Virus record (IMG/VR): IMGVR_UViG_3300023174_005575
Span: 1 to 57,983 of that record
DNA: 57,983 nt
Strand: one strand, 5' to 3'
DNA from: a virus
Taxonomy: Duplodnaviria; Caudoviricetes
In this document: one piece after another, positions 47,298-54,721 of the stretch
Layout: each line of letters starts with the position of its first letter
Numbering within the stretch: position 1 is the first letter of the stretch
Program-made: the position numbers and the translations under genes
The notes under the pieces: generated by a model
Databases searched by the model: none
Told to the model about the DNA's origin: nothing
The model's input: only the letters and a program-made list of their open reading frames with translations

Positions 47298-47828
47298 ATG
47301 GCAAAACATCTCATGGTGGACTTGGAAACATTGGCCACCACTCCAAATGCTGCTATCCTAACCATAGGCGCAGTGACTTTTGACCCTAATAGCACTAAAA
47401 TCTATGACGAATTTTATCGTAGAATAGAACTAGAAAGTCTTGAACCATTGGACACTTACATTGACAATGGCACTTTGGAATGGTGGAGCAAACAGGATGA
47501 AACTGCTCAAGATGAAGCTTTTAATCCAGATGGACGTGAACCAATTCAAAGTGTATTAGAGGACTTTTATAAGTTTTGCATGGGTTCAAATAAGTTTTGG
47601 AGCCATGGTGCTACTTTTGATATTGTGATTCTTGAGTATTATTTTAGGAAAATCAATAAGCCATTCCCATGGAATTTTTGGGATGTGAGAGATACTAGGA
47701 CTATTTTTGACTTAGGTATGGATCCTGAAATGCCGCAGGCCAACAAGCATAATGCTTTGGAGGATGCCAAAAGACAGGCCATAGGAGTTCAAAATATGTG
47801 CAAAAAGCTAGGGAGAAAATTTACCTAG
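47298..47828 (+). CDS. DEDDh 3'-5' exo(ribo)nuclease (Rv2179c-like)
   Basis: MVDLETL, WSHGATFD, RDTRT, HNALEDA. Confidence 0.88.
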   Translation: MAKHLMVDLETLATTPNAAILTIGAVTFDPNSTKIYDEFYRRIELESLEPLDTYIDNGTLEWWSKQDETAQDEAFNPDGREPIQSVLEDFYKFCMGSNKFWSHGATFDIVILEYYFRKINKPFPWNFWDVRDTRTIFDLGMDPEMPQANKHNALEDAKRQAIGVQNMCKKLGRKFT

Positions 47829-47836
47829 CATAAATA

Positions 47837-47915
47837 GTTTTGTGCATCGCCCGGTTGGGGTTGCATAAAATGGGCGTGTTGCCCAAACCGTTCTTGCTTA
47901 AAAAGGAGAAAAAAC
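47837..47915 (+). ncRNA. ROSE-like RNA thermometer in the hsp20 5' UTR
   Basis: Three hairpins; the last (TTCTTGCTT-AAA-AAGGAGAA, 47891-47910) pairs U(U/C)GCU with the SD, leaving a bulged G. Confidence 0.65.
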
Positions 47916-48353
47916 ATGAACGCAATGACTCGTTTTGACACCCAAGCTCTAAACAGAGCACTTGTTGGATTTGATCGTATGTTTGACACATTCGAGACTA
48001 GATTCGGCAATCAACTCAGTTCAAACTATCCCCCATATAATGTAGTCAAAAAAGATGACGATCATTATGCTATTGAAGTAGCAGTCGCCGGCTTTAAAAA
48101 GAACGAAATTACTGTGGAAGTGGATGGTGATCAACTCACAATCAAAGGACAGCGTAACAAAGACGAAGCTGATGAAGTGCAGTATATGCATCGCGGACTC
48201 AGTGCTCGTGATTTTGTTCGCCAGTTTACTTTGGCTGAGTATATGTTGGTTCGGGGTGCTTCAATTCAAGATGGCGTGATTCGTGTTGATTTGGAACGAG
48301 TAGTTCCGGATCATATGAAACCACGCTTGATTGACATTGTAGAAATTAAGTAA
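47916..48353 (+). CDS. Small heat-shock protein (Hsp20/IbpA family)
   Basis: GFDRMF, NYPPYN, IEVAVAGF, YMHRGLS.R.F.R.F.L, P..MKPR.I.I. Confidence 0.95.
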   Translation: MNAMTRFDTQALNRALVGFDRMFDTFETRFGNQLSSNYPPYNVVKKDDDHYAIEVAVAGFKKNEITVEVDGDQLTIKGQRNKDEADEVQYMHRGLSARDFVRQFTLAEYMLVRGASIQDGVIRVDLERVVPDHMKPRLIDIVEIK

Positions 48354-48359
48354 TATAAT
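48331..48359 (+). promoter_or_regulatory. Consensus sigma70 promoter for clpS-heme oxygenase-bilin reductase
   Basis: TTGACA(48331-36)-17-TATAAT(48354-59). Confidence 0.8.
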
Positions 48360-48409
48360 TAGGGGAGGCTTTCTTCCCCTATAGTTAGCCTCCCCACTTT
48401 TGGAGATAA

Positions 48410-48733
48410 ATGAACATGTCCGATGATGTTAAACTAGAAGATCGAGTTCAACTAGACGAAAAGATTAAACAAAAAATCATTGAACCTAAAAAATGGAAAG
48501 TGATTTTTTTAAATGATAATCATACTCCCATGGAGTTTGTTGTTACTGTATTGATTGAAATTTATAAACACACAATGGAAGTTGCACAAGAACTTACACT
48601 TCAAATTCACGACACCGGTAGTGGTGTTGCAGGTACATATACATTCGAGATAGCGGAAATTAAAGCAGTAGAAACTACTAACTTGGCAAGGGCACAAGGC
48701 TTTCCGCTACAAATTAAACTTGAAGAGGAATAA
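48410..48733 (+). CDS. clpS: ATP-dependent Clp protease adaptor ClpS
   Basis: WKVIFLNDNHTPMEFVV, IHDTGSGVAG.Y..EIAE.K, FPL...LE. Confidence 0.93.
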   Translation: MNMSDDVKLEDRVQLDEKIKQKIIEPKKWKVIFLNDNHTPMEFVVTVLIEIYKHTMEVAQELTLQIHDTGSGVAGTYTFEIAEIKAVETTNLARAQGFPLQIKLEEE

Positions 48734-49282
48734 ATGAGTTTACGAGAGATCACTAAGGATCTGCACCACGAAGCAGAAACTACAAAATTTGCCAAACTAC
48801 TATTAAGTGGCAAAATTAGCAAAGAAGATTACGCAAATTATCTATATCAAATGTTACTGGTCTATGGCCCAATTGAGTTTGGCAATAGAATGGTTGGTAA
48901 CATGGACAACCTAAAAGGCATTGAAAGATTGCCTGCTATCTATAAAGATTTTATGGAATTAGCTGGACCAGATCATAAGTATGTTTGGCTACCAGAAAGC
49001 ATTGCTTACCACAACTATCTAGTTGACTTGATCAATGATGTTGATCGTAGACATTTGATTAAGGCACATTTATACTGCCGTCATATGGGCGACCTTAATG
49101 GTGGATTGATTATTAAGAAGCAAGTTGCTGCTATCAGCAGTGGACATTTCTATGAATTTGATAATGCTGCTGAACTTAAAGTGGCTATTCGTGCAGAACT
49201 AACAGATGACTTGGGCGACGAAGCTCGTGTGGCATTTGAATGGGCCATTAGAATGATGAAGGATTTGTATAATGGTGAGTAA
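48734..49282 (+). CDS. Heme oxygenase
   Basis: LREIT..LH..AE (proximal His), AHLYCRHMGDLNGG, FYEF, EARVAF. Confidence 0.9.
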   Translation: MSLREITKDLHHEAETTKFAKLLLSGKISKEDYANYLYQMLLVYGPIEFGNRMVGNMDNLKGIERLPAIYKDFMELAGPDHKYVWLPESIAYHNYLVDLINDVDRRHLIKAHLYCRHMGDLNGGLIIKKQVAAISSGHFYEFDNAAELKVAIRAELTDDLGDEARVAFEWAIRMMKDLYNGE

Positions 49283-49955
49283 AGTTTGGGATTCACTTAT
49301 TTCCGTACAGAACCTTCTTGAGGAAAGTTTTGCTAGAACTGGCGTTGAGCAGTTTGAAAAAGGCATGGAGCGGTTCAATCAACCTGGTTGGGTTAATCGT
49401 GTATGGAGTAGTGAGTCCTATCGTCGTGCTCACGTTGACGTAGTAGACGCTAGAGAGAAAAAGGGCTTATGGATGATGCATTGTTGTGTGTTTCCACATA
49501 CGCATAATCCAGCCCCAATCTTTGGCTTTGACGTCATTGCAGGAAAAAACAAGATCACTGGCTGTTTCTATGATTACAGCCCAACCAGTGATGACGTTCA
49601 TCCTATGACAGAGTGGTTCCAGCATGAAGTTAGTAAAATGGCATGGCACAAGCCTAGAGCATTGCCAGAGTGGGCACAGCGTATTTTCAGTCCCAGTATG
49701 GTAGCAGCAGGCAATGTGCAGGATGAAGAAGAGTTGGATCAAATAGTAGCCATGGCTCGTACTGGTGTTGACCATTACCTTGCTACGGTAGGCGAAACCA
49801 ATCATACTGCCACGGACACCAGTGATAGACAGAATTATTACGCACAGAATCAAAAACAAAACCCACATACTCCCAAAGTTATGGTTAGTTTGGGCCTAAG
49901 TGAGGATGATGTGCGAGTGTTTATTCAGGAGTGCCTCTTCCCAGAAATTGCATAA
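49272..49955 (+). CDS. Ferredoxin-dependent bilin reductase (PcyA/PcyX type)
   Basis: YRRAHVD, MMHCCVFP....PIFGFD, D.SP, RALPEWA..IFS, QN.Y..NQKQNPHT; overlaps the heme oxygenase gene. Confidence 0.88.
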   Translation: MVSKVWDSLISVQNLLEESFARTGVEQFEKGMERFNQPGWVNRVWSSESYRRAHVDVVDAREKKGLWMMHCCVFPHTHNPAPIFGFDVIAGKNKITGCFYDYSPTSDDVHPMTEWFQHEVSKMAWHKPRALPEWAQRIFSPSMVAAGNVQDEEELDQIVAMARTGVDHYLATVGETNHTATDTSDRQNYYAQNQKQNPHTPKVMVSLGLSEDDVRVFIQECLFPEIA

Positions 49956-49963
49956 ATACCACT

Positions 49964-51646
49964 ATGCGATTTACTGAATTTATCCGAGAAGCAAGTATCT
50001 TTACTAAGCCTGGTACATATACCTATGGCCATAAAGTTAATATTGCTGTTAACAACAAGCAAATTGGCCAGAAATTATTATCTGCCATTAAATTTCATAT
50101 ACCAGAATTCACAGGCGATGAAGATCTCGAATGGGTAGAGCCTATTAAAAGCACACCAGAAAATGAAATAATTCCTATAACTGTAGGAAGTGGCAACAAT
50201 CATAGATTTTTTAAGCTACCCAATGGACCAGTGATTGAACTTATCGGTGCTGATAAGGTAATACAAGGTGGGTTGACTCATGCTAAAGGACAAAAAGGTA
50301 GTACAGCAGAAAATGCGGGTGATGCCAGTGAACCGGTTTTAAGTGCCGCAGTAGTTGCCAAACTTATTAAAAGAGGGCAGAATGATGTGGAAGACATCGA
50401 TGCAGATGATGTTAAAAATATCTTGACCCAAGCTGTTAGTAATCCTAATTTAGAATTTCAAGTTGAAGACAAAAATAGCAAAGTCGCTGATATTATCAAG
50501 TTTACTATAATGGTTAAAAAACCAACATTAAATTTTCTTTCCGATCCAAATTTTTGGGAAGGAAAAATGGGAGAAATATTACCCAGTGTAATACACTATG
50601 CTAACAGTGGACATATGGATCGTTATGCCGATTACTTTTATAAAAACGGCAAAGTAGACATGATACATGTTAAAAGCGACGGTGTAAGTGAAGCAAAAGA
50701 ACGTAAAACAGACATCGAAGCCACAGTAAATGGACGTCCGTTAAAGGGTATGAATGTAAGTCTTAAAGCAGGCAGCCCACATATTGGCCAAGTAGGTGGT
50801 GGCCAAATTAGAAATCCAAAAGCTACCGGGTACATTTTAAATAATGCAAATGATTTATTTGGACCATTTGGAGTAGAGATTACTCCCCCAGCTCAAATTA
50901 CCGATAAAGTAGAATTTTGGGTTGATGCTTATAAACAAGCAGCCGAGCAACTTAAAGAAATGTTGTCAGGAGATGACGCAAGAACAGAAGCAGGTATTGT
51001 TGCTAAGATTGCTGATTTCGTCGCCAATCATGGCACTAGTGGAGATCCCAATATCAAGTTAGTTAGCTTAGGTAAAACAGGCATAAGCACTGTGCATAGT
51101 TTTAAAAGTCTAAAAAGAAAATTAATATCAAATAACATTGATTTGACTTGTGAGTACCGCGAAGGCAGAAGTAAAATTAAAAAACAACCACGCCCAGAAT
51201 TAAGAATATATGATAAAAATGGTGCTGGTGCTGTTATATACATTAGATACAGTTCTACAGAAGACGAATTAAAGATTTGGAATACTGTGGAAATGAAGGA
51301 GTTGTTAAAAAAATTAACTACTATAACTCACGAGAAAAGAGTTAGAGATCCTTCAGATTCCTTATCTGATGAGCCCGAATTAATTGAGCCAGCTCCTCCC
51401 CAACAACCAACACAACAACCAGCACAACAACTGCCGACTCAACAAGAACCAGCGCAACAAGAGCCAGTACAACAGAAACAAAGATTGGGTCACTTAAGAC
51501 AAGGCCCAGAACAAGAGCCTGAAACTGAACCTACACAAACTCCTAAGCCTGGAGGATTTTTCGCCAAGTATGGATATCCACAAAAATATCCAAAACAAAT
51601 AAAAGAAGAATTATTTTCTATTTTAAAGAACGCAGGCATAAGATAG
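49964..51646 (+). CDS. Large hypothetical protein with a possible PD-(D/E)xK-like nuclease core; start revised to 49964
   Basis: MRFTEFIRE start 5 nt after TAAATA; GDASE...KTDI...NVSLK; Gln/Pro linker; ends ILKNAGIR. Confidence 0.55.
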   Translation: MRFTEFIREASIFTKPGTYTYGHKVNIAVNNKQIGQKLLSAIKFHIPEFTGDEDLEWVEPIKSTPENEIIPITVGSGNNHRFFKLPNGPVIELIGADKVIQGGLTHAKGQKGSTAENAGDASEPVLSAAVVAKLIKRGQNDVEDIDADDVKNILTQAVSNPNLEFQVEDKNSKVADIIKFTIMVKKPTLNFLSDPNFWEGKMGEILPSVIHYANSGHMDRYADYFYKNGKVDMIHVKSDGVSEAKERKTDIEATVNGRPLKGMNVSLKAGSPHIGQVGGGQIRNPKATGYILNNANDLFGPFGVEITPPAQITDKVEFWVDAYKQAAEQLKEMLSGDDARTEAGIVAKIADFVANHGTSGDPNIKLVSLGKTGISTVHSFKSLKRKLISNNIDLTCEYREGRSKIKKQPRPELRIYDKNGAGAVIYIRYSSTEDELKIWNTVEMKELLKKLTTITHEKRVRDPSDSLSDEPELIEPAPPQQPTQQPAQQLPTQQEPAQQEPVQQKQRLGHLRQGPEQEPETEPTQTPKPGGFFAKYGYPQKYPKQIKEELFSILKNAGIR

Positions 51647-51674
51647 TTAAATAGTACTACTTATTGAGTACGAT

Positions 51675-52283
51675 GTGATTGATTTGAACTATCAAGAATT
51701 ATTTTTAGACATATACAAGACAAACTTTTGGAGAGACGCAGAATCTAGAAGTGGTACTGGCTCCAATTTATCAAGCACTCGTAAATTGGTTGAAGAACTT
51801 CCAGCTTTATTTAGAATGCTGGAAGTTACCAGTATTTTAGATATTCCCTGTGGTGATTACTATTGGATGCGTACTGTGCCTATGCAGGGCATACAATACA
51901 TTGGCGCTGATTTAGTGCCAGAAATTATTGCGGATGATAGACTAAAATATCCCAATGTAAGTTTTATAGAATTAGATATACTATCCGACAAGCTACCTAG
52001 TGTGGATCTTATCATAGTGAGGGATTGCCTAGTGCATTTTCCCGATGAAGATGTTTTTCGAGCATTGAATAATGTATATGAAAGTGCCAGTAAATATTTT
52101 TTATCTACTACATTTCCAAATCATTCCAATAAAAAAGATATTGAAATGGGTGATTGGCGACCACTTAATCTAGAAGATGCTCCTTTTAATTTGCCCAAGC
52201 CCTTGGCCATTATTAACGAAGGCCTAATAGGCGATTGTAACGATAAAAGTATGGCCGTTTGGAGTGTTGATCAACTAGGATAA
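51675..52283 (+). CDS. Class I SAM-dependent methyltransferase
   Basis: SGTGS, ILDIPCGDYYW, YIGADLV, DLIIVRDCLVH, RPLNL..APF. Confidence 0.82.
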   Translation: MIDLNYQELFLDIYKTNFWRDAESRSGTGSNLSSTRKLVEELPALFRMLEVTSILDIPCGDYYWMRTVPMQGIQYIGADLVPEIIADDRLKYPNVSFIELDILSDKLPSVDLIIVRDCLVHFPDEDVFRALNNVYESASKYFLSTTFPNHSNKKDIEMGDWRPLNLEDAPFNLPKPLAIINEGLIGDCNDKSMAVWSVDQLG

Positions 52284-52810
52284 AACCTAGTTACATTAAA
52301 CCAAACTTCACTATTTGGTTCACAACTGTCAGTACACATTAGTTCAACTGTATCAGTTTGACAGGTACGTTCAAAAGCTTCTATTACTCGTTGGCTATAA
52401 ATCCAAACTCTATCTGGACAAATATTCAACGCAATTTCTACATTTAAAGAATTTACTGAAATCTCATAAACCTGTATAGCGTGTACGTTATCATCCAAAC
52501 TGAAATCTCTAGCATATGAATCAGCATGTAACCAAGTTATAGGTTCATCAGGCAACACGGCTTCACTGGCTTTTAGTCCTAAAAACACTACATCGTTGAA
52601 TCCTGCTTTTACTAGTCTATCTTTGGTCTTTGGACCTATGCAATATATTTTACGATCTAATAGAGAACCACTATAATGTTCTATGGCATTATAGTGTGTA
52701 ATTAACACAGAAGAAGTAAATACTGGGGCATGTTGTATGCCCTTGCTTTCCAAACAAGGTATCCAAATGTTTTTATTTGGATCGATCATTTGGGTGTATA
52801 TTTGTCTCAT
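52271..52810 (-). CDS. Divergent, shortened uroporphyrinogen-III synthase (HemD)-like protein
   Basis: LITHYNAI, KIYCIGPKTKDRLVKAGF (HemD-type (A/C)(V/I)GxxT..L...G), IQVYE, IYS; only 179 aa. Confidence 0.5.
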   Translation of the reverse strand: MRQIYTQMIDPNKNIWIPCLESKGIQHAPVFTSSVLITHYNAIEHYSGSLLDRKIYCIGPKTKDRLVKAGFNDVVFLGLKASEAVLPDEPITWLHADSYARDFSLDDNVHAIQVYEISVNSLNVEIALNICPDRVWIYSQRVIEAFERTCQTDTVELMCTDSCEPNSEVWFNVTRFYPS

Positions 52811-52821
52811 AATGATAAAAG

Positions 52822-52909
52822 TAGTCCCTATTTACAATAACTGGGTAGCGAATCCGTTATTGAGGCTTAGGGATCAAGCCACATAACCCAAACGGTCCTA
52901 GGGTATGTT
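52822..52909 (-). ncRNA. Putative structured (pseudoknotted) 5' leader RNA, family unrecognised
   Basis: Downstream of TAAATA (52915-52920, -): three stems, with the loop UCCCU complementary to AGGGA near the hemD-like start. Confidence 0.5.
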
Positions 52910-52988
52910 AGCAATATTTACCAAAATATTAGCATTTTTCAAACTAAGACTATATAATATGCAAACATTCTTTACAAAGGAGAAATTT

Positions 52989-53543
52989 ATGAAGAAAATC
53001 GTTACTATCGCAGCTCTAATGGCAGCTACCACTTTGGCTAGTGCTGCTAGCATCACCATCGAAGGCCAAGATCAACAAGGTCATCGTGGTGCTCGTGATA
53101 GCACAAACTATTCACTCAGCGTCAAGTATCCAGTCAATAAAACTTTTGCTGCTGATATTGGTTTCACTGCTTATCAACAAGATGGTACCAAAGCATTGAG
53201 CAACAGGCTCGAAGCTGGTGTCACTGGCACTATGCCAGTTGGTCCAGTAAGCTTATATGCTCGTGTTGCAGTAGGCGAGAAATTCAGCAATGGTGCTGAT
53301 TTTGAGTACTACAGTGTTGAGCCAGGCGTTGTATACAATTTTACCGACAAACTAAGTGGTAAAGTAGGCTATCGTTTCCGTAATGGATTTGGCAACAATG
53401 GCAATTTTGACACTACTCACACTGCTCGTGCTGGTGTTAGCTATGCCTTGACCAAGCAGGACACAGTTGGTGTTCGTTATGACCAAGTTCGTGGTGACAG
53501 CTTTAACCACAGCTTTAACTTTGCATATACTCGTTCATTCTGA
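52989..53543 (+). CDS. Outer-membrane beta-barrel protein (porin-like); start revised to 52989
   Basis: AAGGAG RBS, signal peptide (ASA/A), alternating amphipathic strands, C-terminal beta-signal YTRSF. Confidence 0.82.
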   Translation: MKKIVTIAALMAATTLASAASITIEGQDQQGHRGARDSTNYSLSVKYPVNKTFAADIGFTAYQQDGTKALSNRLEAGVTGTMPVGPVSLYARVAVGEKFSNGADFEYYSVEPGVVYNFTDKLSGKVGYRFRNGFGNNGNFDTTHTARAGVSYALTKQDTVGVRYDQVRGDSFNHSFNFAYTRSF

Positions 53544-53560
53544 TCAGAGGCAAGGTAAAA

Positions 53561-53588
53561 TAAAAAGGGCCCTAAGGCCCTTTTTTAT
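53561..53588. terminator. Bidirectional intrinsic terminator
   Basis: TAAAAAGGGCC-CTAA-GGCCCTTTTTT. Confidence 0.85.
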
Positions 53589-53599
53589 TAAATAAAATT

Positions 53600-53836
53600 A
53601 TGAACCCACTTGATCTTAAAACACAACAAATAACCAATGCCATCTTTGAGGTGATAGAACTGGCCTATAGTCAAGGTAGAACCATAACATGGAGAACTAT
53701 TTTTGAATTTCTCCAATTACCAGACATAGCTTGGAAAGAACAACACGATCTCGATGAAAAAATTATTATCGAAAGTGAGAGTGATTTGGTTATTTTAAAG
53801 GCCATGTTAAGCAGTAATTTTGCCACCAAACATTAA
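53600..53836 (+). CDS. Hypothetical protein
   Basis: 78-aa ORF starting 5 nt after TAAATA. Confidence 0.65.
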   Translation: MNPLDLKTQQITNAIFEVIELAYSQGRTITWRTIFEFLQLPDIAWKEQHDLDEKIIIESESDLVILKAMLSSNFATKH

Positions 53837-53837
53837 A

Positions 53838-54479
53838 ATGACTCCTACAATAGCTTTATTCATTGCCGATCCTAAATGTTCAGTACAAAGCGGCAATGGA
53901 ATACTTAAAGCCTTAGGTGACTATTACAAATTTAAAATCTTCAGCAAAAATTCATTAGAGTCTGACTTCTTTGACAATGTAGACATGGTAGCAGTGCCTG
54001 GTGGTTTTGGCGATGCGGATTCATTTGACACGTTATTCAAACTTAACGCACCCAGAGTAAAACAGTTTGTTAAACAAGGTGGCAAATATCTTGGTATATG
54101 TATGGGTGCGTATTGGGCAGGAAAACACTATTTGAACATGTTGGATGGTGTAGATGCTGTACAATATATTCACAGGCCCAACACAGACACACGTAGACCA
54201 CATGCCAAAGCACAAACAGTATTATGGGCAGGTCAAGAAGAACAGATGTTTTTTTACGATGGATGTGCCCTAATTGGACCAAAAATAAATTCTTGTGACA
54301 TATGGAGTTTATATCCCAACGGTGACCCCATGGCCATTGTACAGGACAATATTGGTTTAATTGGATGTCATCCTGAAAGTGAACAGTTTTGGTATGACAG
54401 CTATAGTTGGATGCGTAAACACTGGCATGAAGGAAAACATCACGAATTGTTACTTGATTTTGTTAATGAACTAATGTAA
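53838..54479 (+). CDS. Class I glutamine-amidotransferase-like protein (BPL_N type); start revised to 53838
   Basis: VPGG, GGKYLGICMGAY (nucleophile Cys), GCHPE. Confidence 0.82.
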   Translation: MTPTIALFIADPKCSVQSGNGILKALGDYYKFKIFSKNSLESDFFDNVDMVAVPGGFGDADSFDTLFKLNAPRVKQFVKQGGKYLGICMGAYWAGKHYLNMLDGVDAVQYIHRPNTDTRRPHAKAQTVLWAGQEEQMFFYDGCALIGPKINSCDIWSLYPNGDPMAIVQDNIGLIGCHPESEQFWYDSYSWMRKHWHEGKHHELLLDFVNELM

Positions 54480-54525
54480 TATTTGCTACTAAATGTTGTA
54501 ATAAATATGTAATCTAGGAGCAATT

Positions 54526-54687
54526 ATGAAACAAAATAAACTAGTTCGTAAAGTCTATGAAGCCTGCATTGAAAACAATCTTGAACGATTACAGGAACTT
54601 AAGAAAAAAGAGTTTGCAAAAATCTTCAAGCGTAAGGGAAATGGTAAAACAACGTTCGGCTCCAAATGGTCTGTAATAAGATTGTAA
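54526..54687 (+). CDS. Small basic protein, 53 aa (not in ORF track)
   Basis: AGGAG RBS; MKQNKLVRKVYEAC...GSKWSVIRL*. Confidence 0.65.
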   Translation: MKQNKLVRKVYEACIENNLERLQELKKKEFAKIFKRKGNGKTTFGSKWSVIRL

Positions 54688-54721
54688 TAGGAAAGAGTTG
54701 TACGACTCGGTAAATATTGCT

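Noticed and set aside
51675-52283. DNA methyltransferase of a restriction-modification system
   Set aside because: Lacks DPPY/NPPY or PC catalytic motifs; resembles small-molecule or glycan methyltransferases.
52822-52909. Known riboswitch or ribozyme (TPP, cobalamin, SAM-II/V, pistol, hammerhead)
   Set aside because: Their core consensus sequences were not found by eye; kept as an unassigned structured RNA.
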